Assembly (NCBI GenBank): GCA_001816655.1
Contig: MHCP01000030.1
Coordinates: forward strand, 5,623 to 69,622
Length of the DNA stretch: 64,000 nucleotides
Reading direction: 5' to 3'
Source: Candidatus Woykebacteria bacterium RBG_13_40_15
Lineage (GTDB): Bacteria; Patescibacteriota; Microgenomatia; Woykebacterales; RBG-16-39-9b
Positions 49,462-57,836 of the stretch are shown piece after piece (position 1 is the stretch's first letter; each line of letters begins with the position of its first letter). The notes beneath the pieces were generated by a model. It saw only the letters and a list, made by a program, of their open reading frames with translations. It was not told where the DNA came from and searched no databases. A program made the translations under genes and the position numbers.

Positions 49462-50736
49462 TTACAACTTGGTGCTGTAGTAGTGACGGTCGAGGGCTTC
49501 TACAAATCTTAAAAGAAAAGGGTCGTCTACAAGTTCTTTTAAACCTAGCCAAAAAGAGGTAGGTGAAACGCTTTTGTCCTTCTTGTGATACTCCATCGCC
49601 TGCAAAACTGTCTCAATCCGATCTACTTGTCTAGCATATCTTCCTTCTTTACTTGTCCCTGTTCTAAATTCAAGCCATAAATACTTTAGTTCATGACGCT
49701 GGTAATGCGGCAGGTATTTAAAAAGCTTTTCCATGGCACTACTTTCTTTTTGCAAAGCCTCTTTCATAATAACTTCTTTTTCCTGTTTCAAACCAATCCA
49801 AGGAAAGGTCTCTATAACACGGTCTATATCTTTTAATTTTTCTAGGAAAACATCATGAGGTGTGTGATCACCAATATCTACTGTAAACAAATTGTGGATC
49901 CCCGACATTACAATCATCGCCTCTTGATCCAACCTGCGGCTTACCGAAAAGATCCAAGAAGCAAAGGCTACTAAGAATGAGTGGGAAGCAACTGATTCTG
50001 GGTCCTTCACTCCTCTCAAAACCCACCCTTTTCTTTTTATCTCCTTCAATTTGCCAATTTCGAGTAAGAATTCAATGATATTTCTGTCTTTTTTGGTTTT
50101 TACATCTCCCTTACCACTCTTAATGTATATCTGCAAACTCTCAACGAATTTCAAAAGTTGTTTGTCATAGGTAAACTCTTTAATTTGAACTAAAAACGGA
50201 GTTAGAATATCCTCTTTCACTTTATCTTTGTATTCAAAAGCTTGTATAAGATTTTCTATTTTGTCTAGAGCTCTTAAAAATTTAGCTTCCCTGGAACTGC
50301 GTTGCTGAAATTCCAACCAAAGATAATTAATCTCGTGATTAATTGGTTCAGGAAGGTTTCTAGTAAGTTTTTCCATAGCTTTCTTTTCTTCCTCTAGTCT
50401 TTGTTTAGCTATCTTACCTTTTTGATCTATTGGAGCCCGAAGGGCCAAGGCTGGGTATCTCTTTATAATTTCTTTTCTGTTTTTTAGTTCGAGCAATTTA
50501 TCGTAGGGGCTTATGTAATCAATATAAACGGCTGAAAGGCTATGGACTAAAGCGAGTTTTAGAAGTCTTTTGATGTTTAAGTTTCTTTCTTTTCCAAATA
50601 CCCAAGCGAGAATTAGAACCCGAAAAGCATGGTCGGCTACACTCTCTGGGTTATTTATGCCGCGGAGGAGCCAACCTCTTCGCTGAATAGTCTTTAGCCT
50701 TCCTACTTCAACAAAAAATTTTATAAATTCTTCCAT
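49462..50736 (-). CDS. tandem HD-domain phosphohydrolase (two YfbR-like 5'-nucleotidase-type HD modules)
   Basis: IQRRGWLLRGINNPESVADHAFRVLILAWVFG is repeated as IKRKGWVLRGVKDPESVASHSFLVAFASWIFS. Both copies carry the RAL/RQVDRIE-type downstream helices. Confidence 0.75.
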   Translation of the reverse strand: MEEFIKFFVEVGRLKTIQRRGWLLRGINNPESVADHAFRVLILAWVFGKERNLNIKRLLKLALVHSLSAVYIDYISPYDKLLELKNRKEIIKRYPALALRAPIDQKGKIAKQRLEEEKKAMEKLTRNLPEPINHEINYLWLEFQQRSSREAKFLRALDKIENLIQAFEYKDKVKEDILTPFLVQIKEFTYDKQLLKFVESLQIYIKSGKGDVKTKKDRNIIEFLLEIGKLKEIKRKGWVLRGVKDPESVASHSFLVAFASWIFSVSRRLDQEAMIVMSGIHNLFTVDIGDHTPHDVFLEKLKDIDRVIETFPWIGLKQEKEVIMKEALQKESSAMEKLFKYLPHYQRHELKYLWLEFRTGTSKEGRYARQVDRIETVLQAMEYHKKDKSVSPTSFWLGLKELVDDPFLLRFVEALDRHYYSTKL

Positions 50737-50858
50737 AAATACCTATTATAATGCTTAAAGAGGTTGTTGCCAATACTCTAGGATATTCAACTTGTTAACT
50801 AAATCAAAATTAGGAAAGAGTCACCAAAAGAGTAATTAGAAGAAGCCAGACGGGAAAT

Positions 50859-51320
50859 CTAATTAATCTCGATTATGGTATAAGTAGACTTAATAGTCGA
50901 CGCAACAGTAACGACATCTCCTACCTTTGTTCCTATCAGTGTTTTTCCAACAGGGCTTTGATCGGAGATTTTTCCTTGCATGGGATCTGCCTCAATCGAG
51001 GAAACAATGATAAATTCATCTCTCTCGCCATTTACTTCAACTTTTACACGTGAGCCTACCTGAACTAAACCGGGTTTTTCTACTTGAGTAACTACTTTTG
51101 CATTCCGAAGTATCTCTTCAAGTTCGATTATTCTTCCTTCAATAAACGACTGTTCTTCTCTCGCACTGTCATATTCTGAATTTTCAGCAATATCACCAAA
51201 TTCTCTTGCGCGGGCAATGCGTTTTGTAACTTCTTTTCTTCTTATCTTCGTAAGATCTTCGTATTCTTTTTGAAGTTTTTCTAATCCCTGTTTAGTCAGG
51301 AAAATCTTGGCTTTTTCCAT
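50859..51320 (-). CDS. greA: transcription elongation factor GreA
   Basis: The N-terminus is MEKAKIFLTKQGLEKLQKEYEDL. The coiled-coil has acidic tip residues in FGDIAENSEYD. A C-terminal FKBP-like domain follows. The start was chosen at the internal Met. Confidence 0.9.
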   Translation of the reverse strand: MEKAKIFLTKQGLEKLQKEYEDLTKIRRKEVTKRIARAREFGDIAENSEYDSAREEQSFIEGRIIELEEILRNAKVVTQVEKPGLVQVGSRVKVEVNGERDEFIIVSSIEADPMQGKISDQSPVGKTLIGTKVGDVVTVASTIKSTYTIIEIN

Positions 51321-51538
51321 AAATTCTCCTTCTGTCTGAAATAAAAAACCCCACACTGGGGACTTGGAGGTCTTTTACTTTTACCCTTAATGGTTTAGGT
51401 TTCAGGAGGAACAATAGCACAAATGGGTCGTTTTTGTCAACAACCAATCACCAAGCTAGCCTCTTAATTCGAGTAGGTTGCCTCTTGCATCTTCCAAGTA
51501 GACAGCCTTAAAATGATTATGTTACTCTGTTTAATCGT

Positions 51539-52306
51539 ATGGAAAATAACTATAAAAACCTCAGAGTCTACAACACTATAATGGGTTTTTTACATTTGGC
51601 TCAAGGTACAACTGTACTTCTTCTTAGCAACGATTTTAAACTTCCAATAAACACAACTTATTTAAGTTTCAACTCTACTTTAAAAGTGTTGGAACCAGTT
51701 ACAAAGCAGCTTTTCCAAGTCAAATTTGGAATATTGGTTGCCGCCTTTCTACTCATTTCCGCAGCCGCCCACTTTATAATCTCGACTGTTTATTACAAAA
51801 ATTACCAACAAAACTTAAGTAAAGGAATAAATAAAGCTAGGTGGTTTGAATATGCTTTCTCCGCTTCGCTAATGATTGTATTGATTGGAATGTTGAGCGG
51901 AATTTACGATCTTTCAAGCTTACTAATGATGTTTGGGCTGGTAGCAATTATGAACCTTTGTGGGTTACTAATGGAACTTTACAATCAGGGTAAAGAACAG
52001 GTCAATTGGGCTTCTTTCATTGTTGGTTGTATTGCGGGTATTATCCCTTGGATTGTAATTGCGATTTATTTCTGGGCAGCAGAAATAAACGGCAGCAGCA
52101 ACAATATCCCAACCTTTGTCTATTGGATTTTTGTTTCAATCTTCCTTTTCTTCAACAGCTTTGCCCTCAATATGTTTTTGCAATATAAAAAGGTGGAACC
52201 ATGGAAAGACTATCTTTTTGGAGAAAGAGTGTATATTCTGCTTAGCCTAACTGCCAAATCGGCTCTGGCCTGGCAAATCTTCGCCGGCACTTTGCGCCCA
52301 ATGTAA
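51539..52306 (+). CDS. heliorhodopsin
   Basis: It has 7 TM helices. The family motifs are GFLHLAQG (His in TM1), AAHFIIS (His in TM2) and RWFEYAFSASLMIVLIG, where the Glu corresponds to the Schiff-base counterion position. Also present are FIVGCIAGIIPW and FLFFNSFALNMFLQYKK, followed by GERVYILLSLTAKSALAWQIFAGTLRP with the retinal-binding Lys. Confidence 0.85.
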   Translation: MENNYKNLRVYNTIMGFLHLAQGTTVLLLSNDFKLPINTTYLSFNSTLKVLEPVTKQLFQVKFGILVAAFLLISAAAHFIISTVYYKNYQQNLSKGINKARWFEYAFSASLMIVLIGMLSGIYDLSSLLMMFGLVAIMNLCGLLMELYNQGKEQVNWASFIVGCIAGIIPWIVIAIYFWAAEINGSSNNIPTFVYWIFVSIFLFFNSFALNMFLQYKKVEPWKDYLFGERVYILLSLTAKSALAWQIFAGTLRPM

Positions 52307-52355
52307 TTAAATCGATTAACTAAACTCGACAACCGCCATTCAGTTTATTAGAATC

Positions 52356-53201
52356 TTGTTAATGACTAAATTATTAATTTACAGAGAAGATTTAAAGATA
52401 CTTGTACAAGAAAAAGCAAATGAACTAACTTTGCCCAACACTGATTTGACTAATCATGAGGATATAAGATTATTTGCACTTAAAAATCTTGGTTTTTCGA
52501 TCCGAAGTTTTGGACAAAGACATAAAGATATCTTGATAGCGAGAAGGATATTTGGAGACCAAAAAGAAGGATTAAAATGGGTAGGCCTAGAAGAAGCTTC
52601 CAAATTGATCGGAATGAAAGAGGAAATCATCAAAACATGGATCGATAAAGACATTGAATACTCAACAAAGAAGCAACTTGAACTTATCAAAAAAGTTTTT
52701 GATGAATTTAAGAAACAAAAGATTGATATTTTTATGTGGGGAGGTTGGGCGATTGATTTTTTGGTAGGGCATGTGACAAGACTACATATTGACATCGATA
52801 CACTTGTCTGGAAAAAGGATAAAGAAAAGGTAGAGAAGATAATGGGAAATTTAGGCTTTTCGATGCAAGATAAGATACGAAAATTTCAAAATGAATATGA
52901 AGGCTTTCAATTCGATACTGATTTTGTAGAACCCTACAACAGTGACTTTATTTCCAGCAGATCACCGCAAACAAAAGGGTTAAAATGGTCAAAAGAAACT
53001 TTTTATGAAGCATTTGAAGCGAAAATGGGCGATGTCCAAGTTACAGTGATAAATCCTAAATCCCTTTATTCTTCTCTTGAGTATAAACTTAAGTTTTACA
53101 AAAGAAAGATAGGTGAGACAAGCGGACCAGTAGAAAAGACAAAGCAAGATTTGGAAACTTTAAAGAACCTGAAGCTTTATTTTCCTACTCAAAAAAGTTA
53201 A
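52356..53201 (+). CDS. nucleotidyltransferase-domain protein of the ANT(2'')/Lnu-like family with ~110-aa N-terminal extension
   Basis: IDIFMWGGWAIDFLVGHVTRLHIDIDTLV matches the characteristic LWIGGGWAIDARLGRVTRKHDDIDL core of aminoglycoside-2''-adenylyltransferase-family NTases. Confidence 0.6.
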   Translation: MLMTKLLIYREDLKILVQEKANELTLPNTDLTNHEDIRLFALKNLGFSIRSFGQRHKDILIARRIFGDQKEGLKWVGLEEASKLIGMKEEIIKTWIDKDIEYSTKKQLELIKKVFDEFKKQKIDIFMWGGWAIDFLVGHVTRLHIDIDTLVWKKDKEKVEKIMGNLGFSMQDKIRKFQNEYEGFQFDTDFVEPYNSDFISSRSPQTKGLKWSKETFYEAFEAKMGDVQVTVINPKSLYSSLEYKLKFYKRKIGETSGPVEKTKQDLETLKNLKLYFPTQKS

Positions 53202-54034
53202 ACAACTCTTTCAAATTTATTTTCGGCAACATCTCCGATATATAACCCAACCCTATTTTCATGACACTGCTCAACTAAAACTTTTCTCACTGCATCATCA
53301 AAAGAAAATCCTTGCTCAACCAACCTGTCTTCCTGTTCATTCATCCCTTTTGCGTAAGCTGACCGCCCTGCTGATTCAAAGGATGAACTTTCTTTAGTCC
53401 TTACCATCGCATACAAAGTATCTTGACCTATTACTAACCTTGTCTGATCAGCTTCACCAATGGGAAAAATCATTTTACTAAAATCTTGAGCACTTGGAGG
53501 ATTACCGGAAGGATGTGTATGAATAGAACCTAAAACTTTTTTACCTCTTTCAATCTCTACCCATTCTCTTTTCGCAAAACACTTGTTAAGAAGTGCCGCA
53601 TTCGAATAATTTGCGGGCACCAAAATGAATTCTTTATCTGGATGATCAGATAGAGGAACGTGCTTCCTCATAGCTTGATCAATCCCCACTATCATCATAT
53701 CAGTATTGTCACCAAAAGAAGATAGATCCCAAATAGTAACTCGAACACTATCTTCAGAACCTCGATTCAATTCTCTCAAGGTTAGACCATTACTAGCATT
53801 TACATACAAAACTCCGCTAACTTCTTTGCCAGATTCCTTTGACCATTTAGCCAGGGATGAAAGGCCATATTTGATCTCATCACTAAAAGAAATTTCTTTC
53901 GGTAGCTCACCAATAGACCTTTCTTCCATAAAAAGATCTTCGGCATTGGTTGATTTTTCAGGGGGCTTATTAACTGCTGTGTCTTCAGGACCAAGACCCC
54001 TGTCCTCTGCTGATGGACCAAATTCACCTGACAT
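53198..54034 (-). CDS. JAB/MPN (RadC-like) metalloprotease-fold domain protein
   Basis: The C-terminal region contains GSIHTHPSGNPPSAQD, which matches the H-x-H-P-S-G-x-P-x-P-S-x-x-D JAB/RadC signature. The N-terminal half is unknown. Confidence 0.5.
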   Translation of the reverse strand: MSGEFGPSAEDRGLGPEDTAVNKPPEKSTNAEDLFMEERSIGELPKEISFSDEIKYGLSSLAKWSKESGKEVSGVLYVNASNGLTLRELNRGSEDSVRVTIWDLSSFGDNTDMMIVGIDQAMRKHVPLSDHPDKEFILVPANYSNAALLNKCFAKREWVEIERGKKVLGSIHTHPSGNPPSAQDFSKMIFPIGEADQTRLVIGQDTLYAMVRTKESSSFESAGRSAYAKGMNEQEDRLVEQGFSFDDAVRKVLVEQCHENRVGLYIGDVAENKFERVV

Positions 54035-54103
54035 AAGACAAGTATTTCAGGAAGGTTGGTTTTAGTCAAGGAAAAACAAAAAAATAGGAGAACAAGCAAT
54101 CCT

Positions 54104-54216
54104 GGTGACGCTACGGGGGATAGAACGCTACAGCGTCCTGCGACCATTTCTCCCGATTGAATCGGGATCCGTGGACTTCGAACCCCGGTTTAGTAGGTGA
54201 CCCGCCTGCCTAGATT
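54104..54216 (-). pseudogene. tRNA-derived remnant: degenerate duplicate of tRNA-Glu 3' end (T-arm/acceptor) plus unrelated anticodon-like hairpin; not a functional tRNA
   Basis: The plus-strand tggtgacgctacgggggatagaac is compared with the tRNA-Glu 3' end tggtaccgccagggggattcgaac. The T-stem 5' strand is missing and no cloverleaf could be built. The hairpin tcccgATTGAATcggga lies between. Confidence 0.35.
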
Positions 54217-54293
54217 TGGTACCGCCAGGGGGATTCGAACCCCCGATCTCAGCGTTGAGAACGCTGCGTCCTAGACCACTAGACGATGGCGGC
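54217..54293 (-). tRNA. tRNA-Glu (anticodon CUC)
   Basis: The minus-strand read is GCCGCCATCGTCTAGTGGTCTAGGACGCAGCGTTCTCAACGCTGAGATCGGGGGTTCGAATCCCCCTGGCGGTACCA. It has a 7-bp acceptor stem, the anticodon loop TTCTCAA, the T-loop GGTTCGAATCC and an encoded CCA. Confidence 0.8.
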
Positions 54294-54479
54294 ATATTCG
54301 GGCAGGGAACCACGCTAGACGATAGCGTCAAAACTTAAAACAGAGAGATTAGATTATATATTTTTTCGCTTTTGGAGTCAAAGTTTGGAATCCAAAACAA
54401 AGTAAACTATCTTGACAATTATTAATCAAATAAAGTACCCTAAAGCAAGGAGGCTGCCCTTTTTATTAGGGCAGAAATT

Positions 54480-55124
54480 ATGCCCGAAGCACCAAATGAT
54501 CCATTAAATAATCCAACACCGCCTGCAGGAAACCCCGCGGTTGGAGGGTCGGTAAGCAACTCAACGCCAACACCACCGCCTTTAGACCCAATTGCACCAG
54601 CACCGGTTGATCCAGCTCCAATCACGCCTAACCCAGCACCGTCTGCTCCAGATCCAGTAGCTACTCAACCAACTGTTCCTCTAGCACAAGAAACAGCACC
54701 GCCTTCAGCTCCCGCGATTGACCCAGTCTCTAGCCCACAAGCGGCTCCTGAACCAGCAGCGACGCCTCCTCCAACAAGTACTGCTCCTACCACCAATCCG
54801 ATGGTAACTAGCGATCAACCAGCAACTCAAGGGGCACCTGGAGAAGAAGTTGGGCCATCTTGGCTTCGCCCAACCCCTGAACAAGGCGGCCAACCTCAAG
54901 CAGAACCACAGCAAGCTCCAGATCTTCCACCACTAACAGATGTGCCACCACCTTGGCAAGTGCCTGCAGAAAACGCCCCAGCGGAAACCCCACAACCGAT
55001 TGCTGAAGAGCGTCATAGTGGTTTTCCGGTAGCTATATTTATAATTTTAATACTAGGAATTATTGTAGCTATTGGTGCCTGGTTGTTCATAAGTGGTAAT
55101 CTGGGTTTTCCCTTTACCGGATAA
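54480..55124 (+). CDS. proline/alanine-rich low-complexity protein with C-terminal transmembrane tail anchor
   Basis: The product is 214 aa with a PxP-rich composition and ends in VAIFIILILGIIVAIGAWLFISG. Confidence 0.55.
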   Translation: MPEAPNDPLNNPTPPAGNPAVGGSVSNSTPTPPPLDPIAPAPVDPAPITPNPAPSAPDPVATQPTVPLAQETAPPSAPAIDPVSSPQAAPEPAATPPPTSTAPTTNPMVTSDQPATQGAPGEEVGPSWLRPTPEQGGQPQAEPQQAPDLPPLTDVPPPWQVPAENAPAETPQPIAEERHSGFPVAIFIILILGIIVAIGAWLFISGNLGFPFTG

Positions 55125-55132
55125 GTAACCCT

Positions 55133-55819
55133 TCAGGCGCCAAAATTTCTTACTCTCTCGTGAAAATCGTCTAACGCTTTCTTAAGTTCTTTTTCATTAA
55201 AATCCGGCCATAGAGTATCCGTAAAATACAATTCTGAGTATGTTCCTTGCCAAAGCAAGAAGTTGGAAAGCCTTTTTCGCCCACCTGTTCGAATAATTAA
55301 ATCTGGTTCAGGAATCCCTGCTGTGTATAGATTGGAATTTATAGCATCTTCACTTATTTCCTGTCGGTCGGAAACCACTTTTCTCACAGAAGAAATTATC
55401 TCGTACCGACCTCCGTAATTTATTGCTGCAGTGAGAATCAGTTTATTGTTTTTAGAAAGCTTGTCCTCTACATCCTTGAACGACTTAATAACATTTTTTG
55501 GTAGCTTACTTAGATCGCCAATGAATTTTAACCTTACACCATTTTCGTTAAGAGAGGAAAATTTACTTTTGGTCATTTTTAGCATGGTATTAAATAAAAA
55601 TGATATCTCAATAGATTTTCTAGATTTTAAATTTTCTGTAGAAAGAGCATAAACTGTTAGATACTTGATGCCGATTTTTGATGCTACTTCGACAATTCTT
55701 TGTAGGTTCTCCGCCCCAGCCTCGTGGCCAGCACTGGAAGGAAGGTTTTTATTGGCCGCCCAACGACGGTTTCCGTCCATTATTATTCCCACGTGTTTTG
55801 GAGCATTGTTTTTTTCCAT
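55133..55819 (-). CDS. uppS: undecaprenyl diphosphate synthase (cis-isoprenyl transferase)
   Basis: HVGIIMDGNRRWA and LTVYALSTENL match the cis-isoprenyl transferase signature. The C-terminus RLSNFLLWQ confirms the family. The start was chosen at the internal MEKNN. Confidence 0.9.
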   Translation of the reverse strand: MEKNNAPKHVGIIMDGNRRWAANKNLPSSAGHEAGAENLQRIVEVASKIGIKYLTVYALSTENLKSRKSIEISFLFNTMLKMTKSKFSSLNENGVRLKFIGDLSKLPKNVIKSFKDVEDKLSKNNKLILTAAINYGGRYEIISSVRKVVSDRQEISEDAINSNLYTAGIPEPDLIIRTGGRKRLSNFLLWQGTYSELYFTDTLWPDFNEKELKKALDDFHERVRNFGA

Positions 55820-55891
55820 AAAGAAGATTATATATCGCCAGAGAAACAACAGCAATCTAACACCTAGCTAATAGAAACAAGGTCTATTATT

Positions 55892-57064
55892 TTGACTAAA
55901 ATTACCAAAAAAGTTAAACTTAAAATACAAATGCGAAAACCTGCCCACCTACCAATAAAAAGGCTAAAGCCTTCGAATGGAATTGTGAATTTAAATCCGT
56001 TCAAAGAAGATGATTTTGCATCGGTACTAAAAAATACCATCAACAAAGTGGTGGCTTCGGGGCTTCCCCCAGATTTAAAAGAAGAAACTAAAGAGACTCT
56101 CACACGGCTAAACCGGGCGATGGAGCATTCCTTTTACCAAACAGAGTTTGAACAAACGACAAAATATATAGATTGGTTACTACAATTACCTTGGAATAGA
56201 CGAACAAAGGACAATCTTGACCTAGTAAAAGGGCGGCAAGCTTTAGACAAAAATCACTATGGATTATCTTCAATTAAAGAGAGGATCCTAGAATATCTAG
56301 CTGTTTTAAAAATACAATCCGATAAAGACGAAGATAATATAATCCGTTTTTCTCGCTCTCCTGTACTCTGTTTTGTTGGTCTACCAGGTACAGGTAAAAC
56401 GTCGCTTGCGGCTTCAATTGCTGAAACCTTAGGACGTCAGTTTATTAGAATTCCAATGGGTGGTATGAGCTCACCACTTTTGTTACGCGGCCAACCAAGA
56501 GCCTACCCGGAAGCTGAACCTGGATTAATAATTAAGGGCTTGCGCCGTGCTGGTACAAAAAACCCAGTCATACTGCTTGACGAAATTGATTCAATAGCAG
56601 AGGGTGCGGAAAGTGACATAATGGGCGTGCTACTGGAATTACTGGATCCCGAGCAAAATAACGCCTTTACTGATTATTACGTTGATTATCCCTTTGACTT
56701 ATCGGAAGTACTTTTTATAGCTTCCGCCAACAAAATTGGAAACGTGACACCTGCAGTATTGGATCGTTTGGAAATAATAATCATGCCCCGTTACACAGAT
56801 GATGATAAAATTCGTATTGCCAGAGATTATTTATTTCCTAGAGAGCTGGCTATAGTTGGCTTAGAAAAAAATGTAGTTAAGATTTCAGATGACGCATGGA
56901 TTCATATAATAAAACCTTTTGGTTATGACGTAGATATTCGTGCTTTGCAGAGAACAATAAATGGAATTTTACGTAAAGTTGCAAAGAAATCTATCGAAGG
57001 AAAACTAACTTCATTTGATATTAATGCCGCGAACCTCGCTGAATTCCTCCCCGAATTTATCTAG
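55892..57064 (+). CDS. Lon-protease-like AAA+ ATPase module lacking the N-terminal LON domain and the C-terminal S16 protease domain
   Basis: YIDWLLQLPWNRRTKDNLDLVKGRQALDKNHYGLSSIKERILEYLAV and the Walker A VLCFVGLPGTGKTSLAASIAETLGRQFIR are present. The Walker B with sensor region is ILLDEIDSIAEGAESDIMGVLLELLDPEQNNAFTDYYVDYPFDLSEVLFIASAN. These are collinear with the LonA ATPase core. The ORF stops before any protease domain. Confidence 0.75.
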   Translation: MTKITKKVKLKIQMRKPAHLPIKRLKPSNGIVNLNPFKEDDFASVLKNTINKVVASGLPPDLKEETKETLTRLNRAMEHSFYQTEFEQTTKYIDWLLQLPWNRRTKDNLDLVKGRQALDKNHYGLSSIKERILEYLAVLKIQSDKDEDNIIRFSRSPVLCFVGLPGTGKTSLAASIAETLGRQFIRIPMGGMSSPLLLRGQPRAYPEAEPGLIIKGLRRAGTKNPVILLDEIDSIAEGAESDIMGVLLELLDPEQNNAFTDYYVDYPFDLSEVLFIASANKIGNVTPAVLDRLEIIIMPRYTDDDKIRIARDYLFPRELAIVGLEKNVVKISDDAWIHIIKPFGYDVDIRALQRTINGILRKVAKKSIEGKLTSFDINAANLAEFLPEFI

Positions 57065-57068
57065 CGGA

Positions 57069-57836
57069 TTATTCTTTAAGAATTTCCAAAAGCTGCTCGT
57101 GGATTTTGCCGTTGGTCGCTAAAATATCTTTTGATTCTAGGGACCACGGTTTGCCACTCAATTCTGTCACCTTACCACCTGCTTCTTCTACAATTAAGAC
57201 TCCGGCAGCAAAGTCCCAAGAGCTTGGCGGAAAGACAATTGAGGCATCTAAAACCCCACTTGCAACATAGCAAAGGTGCAAAGCTGTACTACCAAGCATT
57301 TTTGGAGTTCTAGTAGAAAGTTCTACTTTTGAAAAGGTTTTTACAAATTTCTCCTTTATATACCAAGGGCGAGTATAACCAATCATCGAGTCTTTAAGTT
57401 TTTCTGTGGCTGTAACTCTTATTATCGCATCATTTAACCTTGCGCCTTTGTTTTTCTCGGCAACATACAAATTTTCATGAACTGGGTCATAAACAACACC
57501 AACTTGTACTTCATTTTTAACCACTAACGCAATTGAAACGGCAAAAAGAGGAAGATGAGTGGCGTAGTTTGTGGTACCATCCAAAGGATCTACTAGCCAG
57601 AGGTATTCTGAGTCTTTTTTCGAAAAACCGCTTTCTTCTGCGTTGATGGAATGGGTTGGGAAGTTTTCTTTAATAATCGAAATAATTTTGTTTTCAGAAA
57701 GTTTATCGATTTCGGTTGCCCAACTAGCGTCTTGCTTAAGAGTTGGCTTATTGGCCTTGTGGTAATTTTCTTTTAAAATCTTTCCGGCCTCTTTTGCAGC
57801 TTTTATTGCAACTTCAAGGTACAAGCTTACCTCCAA
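57069..57836 (-). CDS. inositol monophosphatase family protein
   Basis: WLVDPLDGTTNY and the C-terminal WDFAAG match the IMPase/SuhB family signature. Confidence 0.85.
   Translation of the reverse strand: MEVSLYLEVAIKAAKEAGKILKENYHKANKPTLKQDASWATEIDKLSENKIISIIKENFPTHSINAEESGFSKKDSEYLWLVDPLDGTTNYATHLPLFAVSIALVVKNEVQVGVVYDPVHENLYVAEKNKGARLNDAIIRVTATEKLKDSMIGYTRPWYIKEKFVKTFSKVELSTRTPKMLGSTALHLCYVASGVLDASIVFPPSSWDFAAGVLIVEEAGGKVTELSGKPWSLESKDILATNGKIHEQLLEILKE

Noticed and set aside
51340-51390. Short hairpin ccccacactgggg with a minus-strand U tract at the greA 5' end
   Set aside because: The stem is only 5 bp and it sits upstream of the gene start. The evidence is insufficient to call a terminator or an attenuator.
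54104-54216. Possible second tRNA with a UCA or UGA anticodon, suggested by the hairpin tcccgATTGAATcggga
   Set aside because: No acceptor, D-arm or T-arm can be built around the hairpin on either strand. The flanking similarity is to the tRNA-Glu 3' end only. It is treated as a remnant, not as a suppressor or Sec tRNA. tRNAscan-SE should confirm this.
54128-54331. 67-aa minus-strand ORF spanning the tRNA region
   Set aside because: It translates straight through the tRNA-Glu gene. It is an artefact.
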